64,000 bases of DNA, taken from the NCBI GenBank assembly GCA_964035545.1, contig OZ037769.1:1178001-1242000 (forward strand), given 5' to 3'. The stretch's first letter is position 1; every line of letters begins with the position of its first letter. Positions 1-12,200 of the stretch are shown one piece after another. A program made the position numbers and the translations under genes. Origin of the DNA: Bugula neritina (taxonomy: Eukaryota; Animalia; Bryozoa). The notes beneath the pieces were generated by a model. It worked only from the letters and a program-made list of their open reading frames with translations. It searched no databases and was not told the DNA's origin.

Positions 1-253
1 TTTATTGTGAACAGAAAATGTTAGCTAGTTGTAATAGTACGTAGAGAGTAAATCAGAGTATACCAAAACATTAGCTATGTGGTAGAAAGCTTTTTGTAGC
101 TTATTCTCTAAATGCTTGTGGTTTAAAGGCTATAATTGTAATATATTCTTATAATTTTTACTCAATATTAGCTTTAAATACCTTGCTTACGACTTTTCCT
201 AGTTTCTCAGCAGTTCTGAAACAGTTCTCTGTTTATACTTCCTCTCTTACAAG

Positions 254-3200
254 TTCGAGTGCACCGATCAATCTATTGGTTCGCTCTCCGCTCTCCCAAC
301 CGAGGAGATTCTCATCTGTGGATACTTCGCCTACACACGAGTATCCTGTGAAATTACAGCCTGGAACGATCATGATGCAAGTGATAAGTTGACGGCTGCC
401 GTCTACACTTCCTGTGGAGGTAATCTACTCTGTCAAATATTCAATATCTGTTGACATTATGTCACGTCTGTTGATACCATGTGACTACTGTTGACAGCAT
501 GTGACTTCTGTTGACATCATGTGACTACGTGTACTCTATAGTGTACTCTATAGTGTACTCTATAGTGTACTCTATAGTGTACTCTATAGTGTACTCTATA
601 GTGTACTCTATAGTGTACTCTATAGTATGCTCTATATACAAATTATGTGCTCCATGTTCCATCTGATTTGTTACTCTCCGCATCATGTCTATTTATAGAA
701 CCAACACTACCCAGATCTTTCAGATTTAGTTCTCCATCTAAAGTGACCTTTGATGGGCGAATTCGCTGGCGATTCTATTTATACTGGACGGTAAAAACAT
801 CATTGACACAGAATTATTTTACCATAGCATCAATAATTGATCGGCTCATACTAGAATCGTTTATTATAACATGTAGACTACCCAGAATGTGCATTAATAG
901 TTATCTGAGCTGACATTACAGTTCAGTTTACTTTCTTTCAAGTATAGTTTAGTCTATTATAGATCTGTTTTGAGTTTATTTCGTCTCAGTTTTAATTTAG
1001 TCAATTTTGTTTAATAGAAAAAAATAAAAAAATGTGATTTTACTTTTAATGTGATTTTACTTTTAAGTTCTGTTTAGTTTGAAGTGAGAAACCCTCTAGT
1101 TGGAGCTTTATATAAGGTAACCCTTGCCTGTTTTAGTATCCGGAGAAGTTGGGATGTGGAGGTATAACAAGTTATGAGTTGCGCTATCCTTCTGGCTCTA
1201 ACTCGTCAACCGTTGAGGACCTTGGCACGAGTCGTAATCGCTACCTGTATGTGGACAGTGGAGAGGAAGTAGTTGTGTCAGTCAGGGCGAGAAACAACGG
1301 GTGGTTTTACTCGGACTATGTTTCTTTGACTTTAACGTCTGCAAAACTGGGTGGGTGACTAATTCATATGTAGAAAAAGTTAGGCATTGGATATTGAATT
1401 ATGTAACACCCAATAGAATGAAACTCATTCTTTTTTATGGTTATGTAACAGAACCTGATTGGGGATCTACAGCAGCTGTTTCAGAAACTCTCAACTCATC
1501 TTGTGTCACCGTGTCTTGGAATGAACCAGAGTTCCCTAATGATGTCATCACAGGGTATCAGGTAAGTGAGAACTCCCTCATGATGTCATCACAGGGTATC
1601 AGGTGAGTAAGTAAGAGCTCCCTCATGATGTCATCACAGGGTATCAGGTGAGTAAGTAAGAGCTCCCTCATGATGTCATCACAGGGTATCAGGTGAGTAA
1701 GTAAGAGCTCCCTCATGATGTCATCACAGGGTATCAGGTGAGTGAGAACTCCCTCATGATGTCATCACAGGGTATCAGGTGAGTAAGAGTTATGTTGTAA
1801 AGAAGCGATTTGGGTGCTACATTTGTTGTAAGTTTGAGTCCAATGCACCAAATAAACGAGTCAAACAATTACAATTGTGTAGAGCTAAAAGGACTGATAT
1901 TAGAAATGATTAGAGCATTGTTTAAGTGTTACTGTTCTAGTAATTATTAGTTTGGATATATAAGAGGTGTACATATGATAAAGCTGGTTATATATTATGT
2001 AGATAAAGTGTACAGGCTCTTCAACATGGGCCCTTCTACCTGTCTCTCAACTGGCATACACTACCTGCGGATATGAACCTTATGATGCAGTCGACTGTCA
2101 GATCAAAGCTTCTAGTAGTCAAGGTGTCAGTGCAACTCTCTCGAATCCAACTGCCAGGACTTCCTGTGGAGGTGGGTTCTTAGTATATAGTTATACCTAC
2201 ATTGTGTAGTTCTTAGTCTATAGTTATACTTACACTGTATAGTCCTTAGTATATAGTTATACTGACACTGTGTAGTTCTTAGTATTTAGTTATACTTACA
2301 TTGTGTAGTTCTTAGTATAAATTTTATTTTTTTAAAGGGATCACTTTGAGTTTATATTCAGTCAATAGAGAAGAATTGCATATGAGTATATGAATGTTTT
2401 ACAGTTCCAACACCTCCCCGCCAGCTCTATCTCTCTCCTTACTTTACATCCACCAATGATGGCCGTCTCCGAAATCGGTACAGGGCTGGTTGGCAGGTCA
2501 GTGGTGATTCAAATGTCATTGTACAAGTTCTGCTCAGTTGCATTTGCGAGAGTTAGATCATTAATTAAATTATATGATTTCAATATCAAAGGCGTTTTGG
2601 CTAAATTTGGAGAATTTGTAAAAAACTGACAGGTTTTTGTTACAATCAGAATATTGATGAGAAAATTCACAACAGCTGAGTAGTTTAATTGTGTGCAACT
2701 TCTCAAAATACAAAGAGTAATTTTTAGAAACTAGCTTTGTGCCAGGAACTGCATTTCTTTGCTATTAACCAGTTGTTCTCTGAGAAAATTACCTCTTTTG
2801 TCTTCAGTGCTAAGATACCATACTGGATCATCAACATATTCATTTTGACTTATTATTTCATGCATTTTTGTAAATTGTCTTTGCATATTGAAGTTTAACC
2901 ACATTATCCTTGCTAATTATTCATAATGCGTGTCGCAGGCCCCGGCTAATGTAAGATGCGCCAGTGTGAATGTCTACGAGCTGAGGTTCCCGTCAAACTC
3001 GTCTACTACCATGTCTACGTCGTCTACTAGTTGGTACTACTTGTACGCTGACGGAGATGTAGAGGTCACCTTGTGGGTCAGAGCTATTAATAGCGGCGGA
3101 TTCTACTCCCAACCTTCTACTCTCACTATAACCACCGGGAGTATTCGTAAGTACTTACACGTCTAACTGTATAATTATATTCTAGTATATCTGTAAGTTT

Positions 3201-6200
3201 TAAATTCTGTTTTTTAAGTTTAAATAACAATTCTCGTGCTTTGTTCTAGCGAATTTCTGTTATTTTGACTAGAATGAAATTTTATGCAAGTCTGGGATGT
3301 TATATTCAGTATTTGATTATTAAACTCATGACTCAACTGACTAAAGATATTGTAGAAACCATAATTTTTCACATTTCCAATTTCAAAACGAATAATCAAC
3401 ATTTATATTTTTTATGACAAGCATGCATGTATCTGATAACATTATATTATGATAACTCATCGGATATTTTGTACACTCCCAGCCCCTCAGTGGGGTTCAT
3501 CCACCGCAGTGTTGACAGCAGACAGCAGTTCCTGTGCCACTTTGTCCTGGAGTGAACCAGAATACCCTAACGGCTACGTGTTTAGTTACCAGGTGAGTTA
3601 CTGTAGAGACCGTCAGGTAGCTCATTAGCTTCAAGTCTGACTTCCAGGTAACGGATTTTTTTAACACATGAAAATACTTCCTCTTGACCAGAAAGACATC
3701 AGGTCATGTGACAGAGTAACAACCGCTGTCGGCCTTTAATTACCATCTCTAGACGTCCATGTCATCATTCACTATGCATTCTGGGTTAATAATATATTAG
3801 GTAAAGGTTTACAATTCTTAAATTATTTATCAAACAACTCTCTAAGCATTATGTTGCATACCTAAATAGATTTTATATAATAGACACGCGCTTTGGTTAT
3901 ATTGTAATTTCTATTAACTTCTATGTAAAAATACGCTTTGATTATATTGTAATTTCTATTAACTTCTATGTAAAAATACGCTTTGGTTGTATTATAATTT
4001 ATATTAACTTCTATGTAACAAATACGCTTCGGTTGTATTATAATTTAGCATAAGTGCAGTGGCAGTTCTACTTGGACTACCGTAACAACCAACACGTCTA
4101 GTGTACAAGTGTGTGGATTCACGGGCCACACAACTATTTCCTGTAGTGTAGCGGCCATTAACTATCAAGGCATCGGCAACTCCATTGCTTCCTCCTCCAC
4201 CCGAACCTACTGCTCCGGTAAACTCATTCTACTGTCCTTGAAATATTCACAAGTTTTTGTTGAACTTTTACATTTTGTTTTGTGGTAAATGCTTGTGTGT
4301 AGCCTTAGTAATTTAAACGCATTCTACACACTTTTATTATGGGCTACGCAGGTGCTAACAGGCGCGTTGTTAGTTTCCTGGTTTAGAGTAAAATTGCAAA
4401 TACAAAAAAATGTTTTTTGTCATTGTTTTATTGAATTAAATTTTTAATACATAATAATCAGGGCTTAATGTTAGCACTAGTTTTTGGTGTGCCAGAATTC
4501 AAGTTGTGTATTTGAAGGTTTATGTAATTGTATTAAATGTGCGACAAATCTAGGATCACTGATAGAATCTTCTAGAAAAAAAGAAATCACAGAATTAGTA
4601 TTTCAAGTACTCATGTTTTAGAGCCAACTCTCCCGCGTTCCGTCACATTCACTGCTTCAACTGTAAGCACTAGAAACGGGAGAAACACGCAAGCTTACAC
4701 CATCAGATGGAGCGTAAGTGTAGCTCTTAACTACCTTCTCTCATTAGGAGTTGTCTTATCGCCTGATATTCAGCTCTTGGTTTTCCTGCTTCGTGTTTGT
4801 GTTGACTTACGCGCTCAAGTCTAATTGAATTCATCTTTAAAAATATTGACTAGTGATGTTTGTGAAATTTATCAAGACCAAGTTCTACTTATATGCCAGG
4901 CCCCGCTGTCCACCCGTTGTGAAAGGATCGGGAAGTATCAGACTAAGTTTCCAGCGGACTCGGAGACCACCATTTTCTCGACTTCCACCAGCAAGACTAT
5001 CTACACATTTGGAGACGAGGAGCTCTCCATCTGGATAGCAGCCGTAAACGATGCCGGGAATGTCTCTGAGCCGGTCATTGCTACGTACTACGTCCCGCCT
5101 TTTAGTGAGTCATGATCTATTCTAAAATCTCTACTTGTTTTATAGTTGAAATCTTTGAATCTTGTTTTTTGTGAAAAGTAACTGTGGATTGGTTTATAAC
5201 ATGACCCAGATATTAATTTAGCTATTCATTAACTGACTTAATATTAGCAAACTTTTTTAATTGTAGTTTAGATTTTATATTTGGGGCAAAAGAATTCCTT
5301 TGCGTCATCCAATGATAAAGTCAGACAACTCTTTATACGTTCATAACTTGCATAGCTGCTAAAACAATTCTCAGAAGACAGTTTATATCTACAATGGTTT
5401 TAGAATTTGAGTTCCACGAGAAAAGTTAATTTATATAACAGCTTGCTACCAAACACATTCTTAGTTGTGAGATTTCCTCATAGCCTAAGTATCTCAATCT
5501 TATTGCAGGACCTCAGTGGGGGTCGGCAGCCCTAGACCTCCAGCCATACAACAGTTCCTGTTTGCAGTTGTCTTGGGATAGCCCTGAATTTCCTGGCGAA
5601 GAAATTATTGGCTATGAGGTAACTAATGTCCCTTTAATATAAGTATAGGTGTCTTTCATAGAGCTCAGTGGCTTCTAATGAAATATTACAGTATCAAAGC
5701 CTTCCCAATGCACCTGGTATTTATCCTTGTCTTGGCTTAAGTCGCAGGTTTATGTTTTCAGCACAAATGTACGGCTAAATCTGATTGGACTAAAGTAGAC
5801 GGCACAAAGTTCAGTGCAGTTGCCTGTGGCTATGTAGGATACCAAGATGTTAGCTGTGATATGAGGGCAGTTAGTAGCAGAGGTCAGGGGGACGAGAAGT
5901 CGTCTCCCACCGCTAAGACACTGTGTTCAGGTGAATACAACTCTCCGCTACTGCTTGAAGTTGCTATGGTAACACATAGACATTCCCTATTCTACTGTAA
6001 GTCTTCTATATTACTCCATTCTACTGTAAGCTCTCTATATTACTCTATTCTACTGTAAGCTTTCTATATTACTCTATTCTACTGTAAGTACCCTATATTA
6101 CTCTATTCTACTGTAAGTTCCCTATATTACTCTATTCTACTGTTAGTACCTTATATTACTCTATTCTACTGTAAGTTCTCTATATTACTCTATTCTACTG

Positions 6201-9200
6201 TAAGTTCCATATATTACTCTATTCTACTGTAAGTTCTCGATATTACCCCATTCTACTGTAAGTACTCTATATTACTCTATTCTACTGTAAGTTCTCTATA
6301 TTACTCTATTCTACTGTAAGTTCCCTATATTACTCTATTCTACTGTAAGTTCTCTATACTACTCTATTCTACTGTAAGTTCTCTATATTACTCTAATCTA
6401 CTGTAAGTACCCTATACTACTCTATTCTACTGTAAGTTCTCTATATTACTCTATTCTACTGTAAGTTCCCTATATTACTCTATTCTACTGTAATTTCTCT
6501 ATATTACTCTATTTTACTGTAAGTTCTCTATATTACTCTATTCTACTGTAATTTCTCTATATTACTCCATTTTACTGTAAGTTCTCTATATTACTCTATT
6601 CTACTGTAAGTTCACTATACTACTCTATTCTACTGTAAGTACCCTATATTACAGCCTCTACTGAACCCAGATCTATCAGCTTTGGATATCCCAGTGTAAT
6701 AACTAATAATGACTACAAGATTCTGAGATATACAGTTACCTGGCAGGTAGGTTTGATATTGCCAGTGCACACATCACACCAAAGTATTTTACAATTGTGT
6801 GTAATATTTCATATTGCACTGTGTAGCTGCTCATACACCATATTGGTGTATGCTCTACCACATTGAGTCATGCCTCAACTAAGATATTATGTACTAGGAA
6901 GAAGAAAAAGTGTTATAACTTTTAAAGCCCAATAAATTAAATTAATTATTTAGCAAACATTGTTTCTCTCCTATCATTCGCTCCATCACACCATACACTT
7001 GTCTACGTCTGCTTATGAATACTGCACTTCCTGCAGGCTCCTTATACTCTGCACTGTGACAGCATCTCCTGGTACGAGACGCGATTCCCCACCCCCACCT
7101 CTGACATTGTAGTCACCAGTACCAACAGCCGAACTGTCTACACAGAAGGTAACACCAGAGTCCTGTTCTGGGTAAGGGCTGTTAACAGCGCAGGAAACGT
7201 CTCTCAGCCAATCACACTTCCTCTTACATCCGGAGACGTCAGTAAGTGAAACACACAATTCTATTGGCTTACTGTGATATGTAATAGTATAACACTGGCT
7301 ATGTGGTTATATGTCATTATTATACTATATATTGTATCATATTCTAATGTTTCTATAGTTTATCGTGCTTTGTATGCTTTTATATCACATTCCTTCACTT
7401 TTCCTATCAGATAAATATACTTAGATGGTAATAATTGTTATTAGAATACGATGAAGTGACTCTAGTACAAACATGGAATCTTTTACACTGCATTGTATTA
7501 TTTCTTTATAATAATATAATAGCATGTATGTGATATTATTTGATGGTATGTTATATATTTCTATTCCTGCTTATTGTGTTGTACAATTTTTTAAAGAAAT
7601 CTTTTGTTCAAATTGCTGAAAGCTATGCATTCCCTTTCATTGAGTATTACTGAAACAGTTGACAATCAAGTATTACACAATGTACTCTAGCAGAGTTGAG
7701 AAGCATTGCAATGCGGGCGCTAAGTAGACCCCCCTAACATGTTTATAATGTTTGTAGAGCCTCAGTGGGGCTCAGTTGCTGCCACTCTGAAGGTCAGCGA
7801 GAAAGCTGACTGCGTAGTCTTATCTTGGAAACTTCCACAATTTCCTGGAGGTGATATTACAGCTTACAAGGTATCAACTTGCAGAGTAAACAGTGTTTGC
7901 TATTTATGTAGTGTCTCTTATCACAGTCTGTTCTAGTTTAATACTACAATAAGCTAAGGACGAAAGGGAGAGAAAGAATACTATGTACATGTAATTGATT
8001 GAAGCAGACTATAGAATTGAGTTTACTAGCGAATAGTTTATAGTATGCTCTCTCATTTCATTGGCTATTGACTAATCACATGACTAATTTATTGTATTGG
8101 CTATTCCACTAGATTTCCATTCAACCTGAATTCTTTAGAATCATTTGTTGCTTATTTCCCCAAATCTGATAATTTACATGTTAAGTTTGACTCTGTCAAG
8201 CTGTACTCTGTTACCTCACAGCACAAGTGTACCTACCCCAAACATTACTGGACTCAGGTGGGTGCCACCCGTCTCAGTGCAGAGATATGTGGCTATTCCT
8301 CTTACACCAACGTACAGTGTGAGGTGTTGGCTCGCAACGATGCCGGGGACGGTGATGTTATTGCATCTAACGCCATACGTACATCCTGCACTGGTACGGT
8401 CTATTAATACTGTCATGTTTTACTTTAGTGTGTAATAATATATTTTATGCCTGTTTTATATTTTACTATGACTATGTGTCTATACATTAAATGAAAACCA
8501 CACATTATTTTAGTCAATCTATGCAAAGTTGTCTTCTCTTAAAAGAATACTATTCCAAATTATTTAGCTCCCGGTTTTTTATATGAAAATGATGCGTTTA
8601 TATACATAGATATACATGAGGGGAATAACAGGGTAGATTAAATTTTCTCAATTATTGTTACGCATAAATAATATTGATTGTAAGGAAAGTTTCTGCACTC
8701 TCTTTATGGAAGGAATTTGAACTTTTTTCACTCACCGAGTTTTAACTGCCACTACAATTATAAATCCTACTTTTATGGAAAAAATCTTATTTTCTTCAGT
8801 TGTTTTATGACTGCCTATTATTTTTTGCTGCCAAATGACAGGCACGTGAGTCAGCATAAAGTCGAAACAAAATACATATTAAGCAATGTGACATTGTGTT
8901 CTTTTTGCATTTGGAAAACATGTTTGGAAGTTGTGGGATGCTTACAGCTTGGTATATTGTAGCATCGACTGCCCCTCGCTCTATAGACTTTGATAGTCAG
9001 TCTACGGAAGTTGACGATGGCAGAATTAGACTAAGATACATCATACGATGGCAGGTAATGGGTATATATCTTAAATAGTCTAGTCTTACTGGCTATCAGT
9101 TACTACTGCTTGCACATAGTCTAGTCTTACTATCTATCAGTTACTACTACTTGCACATAGTCTAGTCTTACTAGCTATCAGTTACTATTACTTACACATA

Positions 9201-12200
9201 GTCTAGTCTTACTGGCTATCAGTTACTACTACTTGCACATAGTCTAGTCTTACTAGCTATCAGTTACTACTACTATGCAACTCGAAGTCAATTCCTATTG
9301 CTTGTAGGCTCCCACAACGGTTAACTGTGACAGTATATCACATTACGAGATGAGATTCCCAACATCAACCTCTCCGATTATCACAACGACGTCTACAGTG
9401 ACTACCGTGTATACCGATGGCAATGAGCTGGTTACCTTCTGGGTTCGAGCTGTTAACAATGCAGGACTAACATCTGAACCAGAAATAAAATCCATCACTA
9501 CAGATATAATAGGTGAGGCAGAGAGATTTTAGTGAGGAATTTGTGTAATATGATATGTGTAGACTGTAGAGTATGTAATATGATATGTGTAGAGTAGGTA
9601 TAGAGTAAGTATAGAGTATGTGTAAAGTATGTATAGAGTATGTAAAGAGTATGTATAAAGTGTGTATAGAATATGTATAGAGTATGTATAGAATATGTAT
9701 AGAGTATGTATAGAGTGTGTATAGAATATGTATAGAGTATGTATAGAATACATATTTTTCAGCCTTCTCAACCCATCTTAGCAACAAATCTGAATTAGAA
9801 GTTAAAAACTCAGCTTAAGAAAAAAACGTTTTTCTTACAAACTCAAATTGACTAGTTTAAAAATAATTATTTTATTAAATTATTTTCCAATTTATTTCTA
9901 ATCTTCACAGCAAGCTTATTTAAGAATCATTTGCTCTCAATATTTTACTCCTACACGTGTTTCAGCGCCACAACTGGCTCCCAGCTCGCTAACTCTGCAG
10001 ACTACAAACAATGTCGATTGTATTCTGGTCTCCTGGCAACCACCGGAGTATCTCAATGGCCCTCTCACATCATACGAGGTAGAACTTAGTCTAGGGTTAT
10101 AGTGTTAGTTACTATGTTGAGCTCTACATGCTTTATTTATGCTAGATTATTTTAGTAATAGTCGTGGAGACAAACTTCACTGAACGCTGTACCTTTTGAC
10201 AACTTGATTTAATTAAATTTATTCAGCAAAAAATTTAAATAAGGCTAGCTTTGCTTTTTTGTTCATCGGAGCAAAAATTACTAAAATATTTTTAGAGTTG
10301 TCTGCACTTTGAGTGAGATATTAAAGCTTTCTTGATTGTTTGCCATCGCAGAAGTGATATGCTAAGGGTCTGTTTACCACTTACTCTATTCCAACAAGTC
10401 AATGTAGCCTGTTGTGTATGTGCAGCACCAGTGCACGGGGTCAAGCACCTGGACGGGTGTGTCACCTACCATTGACAGGGTGGAGGTGTGTGGAGTCACA
10501 GGACTAGAGGTTGTGCAGTGTCAGGTGCTTGCTAAGAACAGTGGGGGGTCTAGTGACATAGCCACTATGGAGATACTACCTAAATGTGCAGGTATTTAAG
10601 TAGTGTGATACTTCTATGAAACTCTCTCATCTCAAAGCTCATGTTATTCCACTGTGTATTGTGACAGCTGTACACTACTCACCTGTACACTACTCACCTG
10701 TATACTACTCACCTGTATAATGTTGTATTACCACCAGCACCGAAGCTGCCAGATGACTTGACACAGTTTATAGTAGCTGAGACGTACACTCTGGAGAATT
10801 CTACTGAAGAGAGGATCAGACTGAAACTGGAGATTCCTACTGAGGTAATTTGACTTTTATGGAGTATATAGGTACATTTCATATAGTATAATATTATCAA
10901 CGATTCATTGTATAGAATATAACACTAACTATGTATTATATAGAATATAATATTAGCCATGCATATTATATAATATAACATCAACTATACGTTGTATATA
11001 GTATAATATTGCCTATACGTTATATAGATTATTTTAAATATACATTATATATGGCATTATATTATACATTATACGTGGTATAATAGTAACTATACATTAT
11101 ATAGAATATATGACATCAGCTTTTCTATGTCTCACATTCTAATTGAAGCTAAAAAATACTATTTTCTGCTTCGATCTTCTTTAAACTGAAGATTTTTTCC
11201 CTGCTATTTCATCAGATGCTCTAAGATTTTGGTATAATGTTAAAATGTTGGCACATGTTCTCTCTACTGTTATATATTGAATTCTAAGGCCTGTAACACA
11301 CAAGAAATGGCTCTCAGTGCTATTTAACTTGACTACGAAGAGTTTCATATCACTACTCGTGTCTTTCTAGTACTTGTCTATAAACTGCAACAGTCTGGAC
11401 ACACTAGAATACCGGCTGACCCCCGACTCGGCGTACACAGCCAACGGGGAGTATATCTACAACGTCTCTGTAGAGACTCAGCTTAATCTCAACATCAGAG
11501 CAGTCAACAATGGAGGCTGGGAGTCTGATGTCGCTGTCGCTGTCAGGACGGATAAGTTGAGTGAGTCTGACACATGCAGTATTTAGATATTGTCTCTGAT
11601 GCATGCCTTACCTGTAAATACCTGTAAATATCTGTAAATACATGTGAATACCTGTAAATACCTGTAAATGAGTTAAATGTGTTTAAAATAAGGACTTAGT
11701 GTCAAGATGCTTTAGAGGTGTCTGCCTTTGCTAGCATGGTGTGTTGATAGAGCAAGAAAAGATGTACAAAGTTAAACAAAACGTTATATTATTTGGCTGA
11801 AGCGGAAATTTTAAAAAACGAGTTTATGAAAACTTTTTTATGTAGAAATAGTCATTTTGATTTGACTGATGAAGTCTGCGGTTGTGATAGTGGCAGTTTG
11901 ATGAGTCATTTTGCTGACACATGTCTGCTGCTCTACTTTTAGTTCCGACTTTATCACAGTGTGACGAGCCACCGACAGTTGACAACGCTGAGCTGATAGG
12001 AGACAGCGATGTGAGACTGCTAGGTCTGGTAGTTGCTTACTCCTGCGAGAAAGGATTTGTCAAAACCCAGGGGGAATCCCTCATCTGTCAGCTGGTTGAT
12101 GACACGGCAGCGTGGGTCGGCGAGGAGACGGTCTGTGATCAGTCCGAATCTTCCGGCATTCAGGGAAACCTTGGTTAGTCTCTACTACACACTATACAGT

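Noticed and set aside
5983-6654. Regular 28-45 bp repeats as a possible CRISPR array
   Set aside because: Head-to-tail units without unique spacers, no cas genes and a eukaryotic intron context
10803-10830. CTGAAGA...GAAAC as a second hammerhead core
   Set aside because: No stem II or stem I pairing, and it lies in a coding exon; the other CTGATGA/TCATCAG hits I checked (11866, 16633, 37654, 43340, 53391) also lack a complete core
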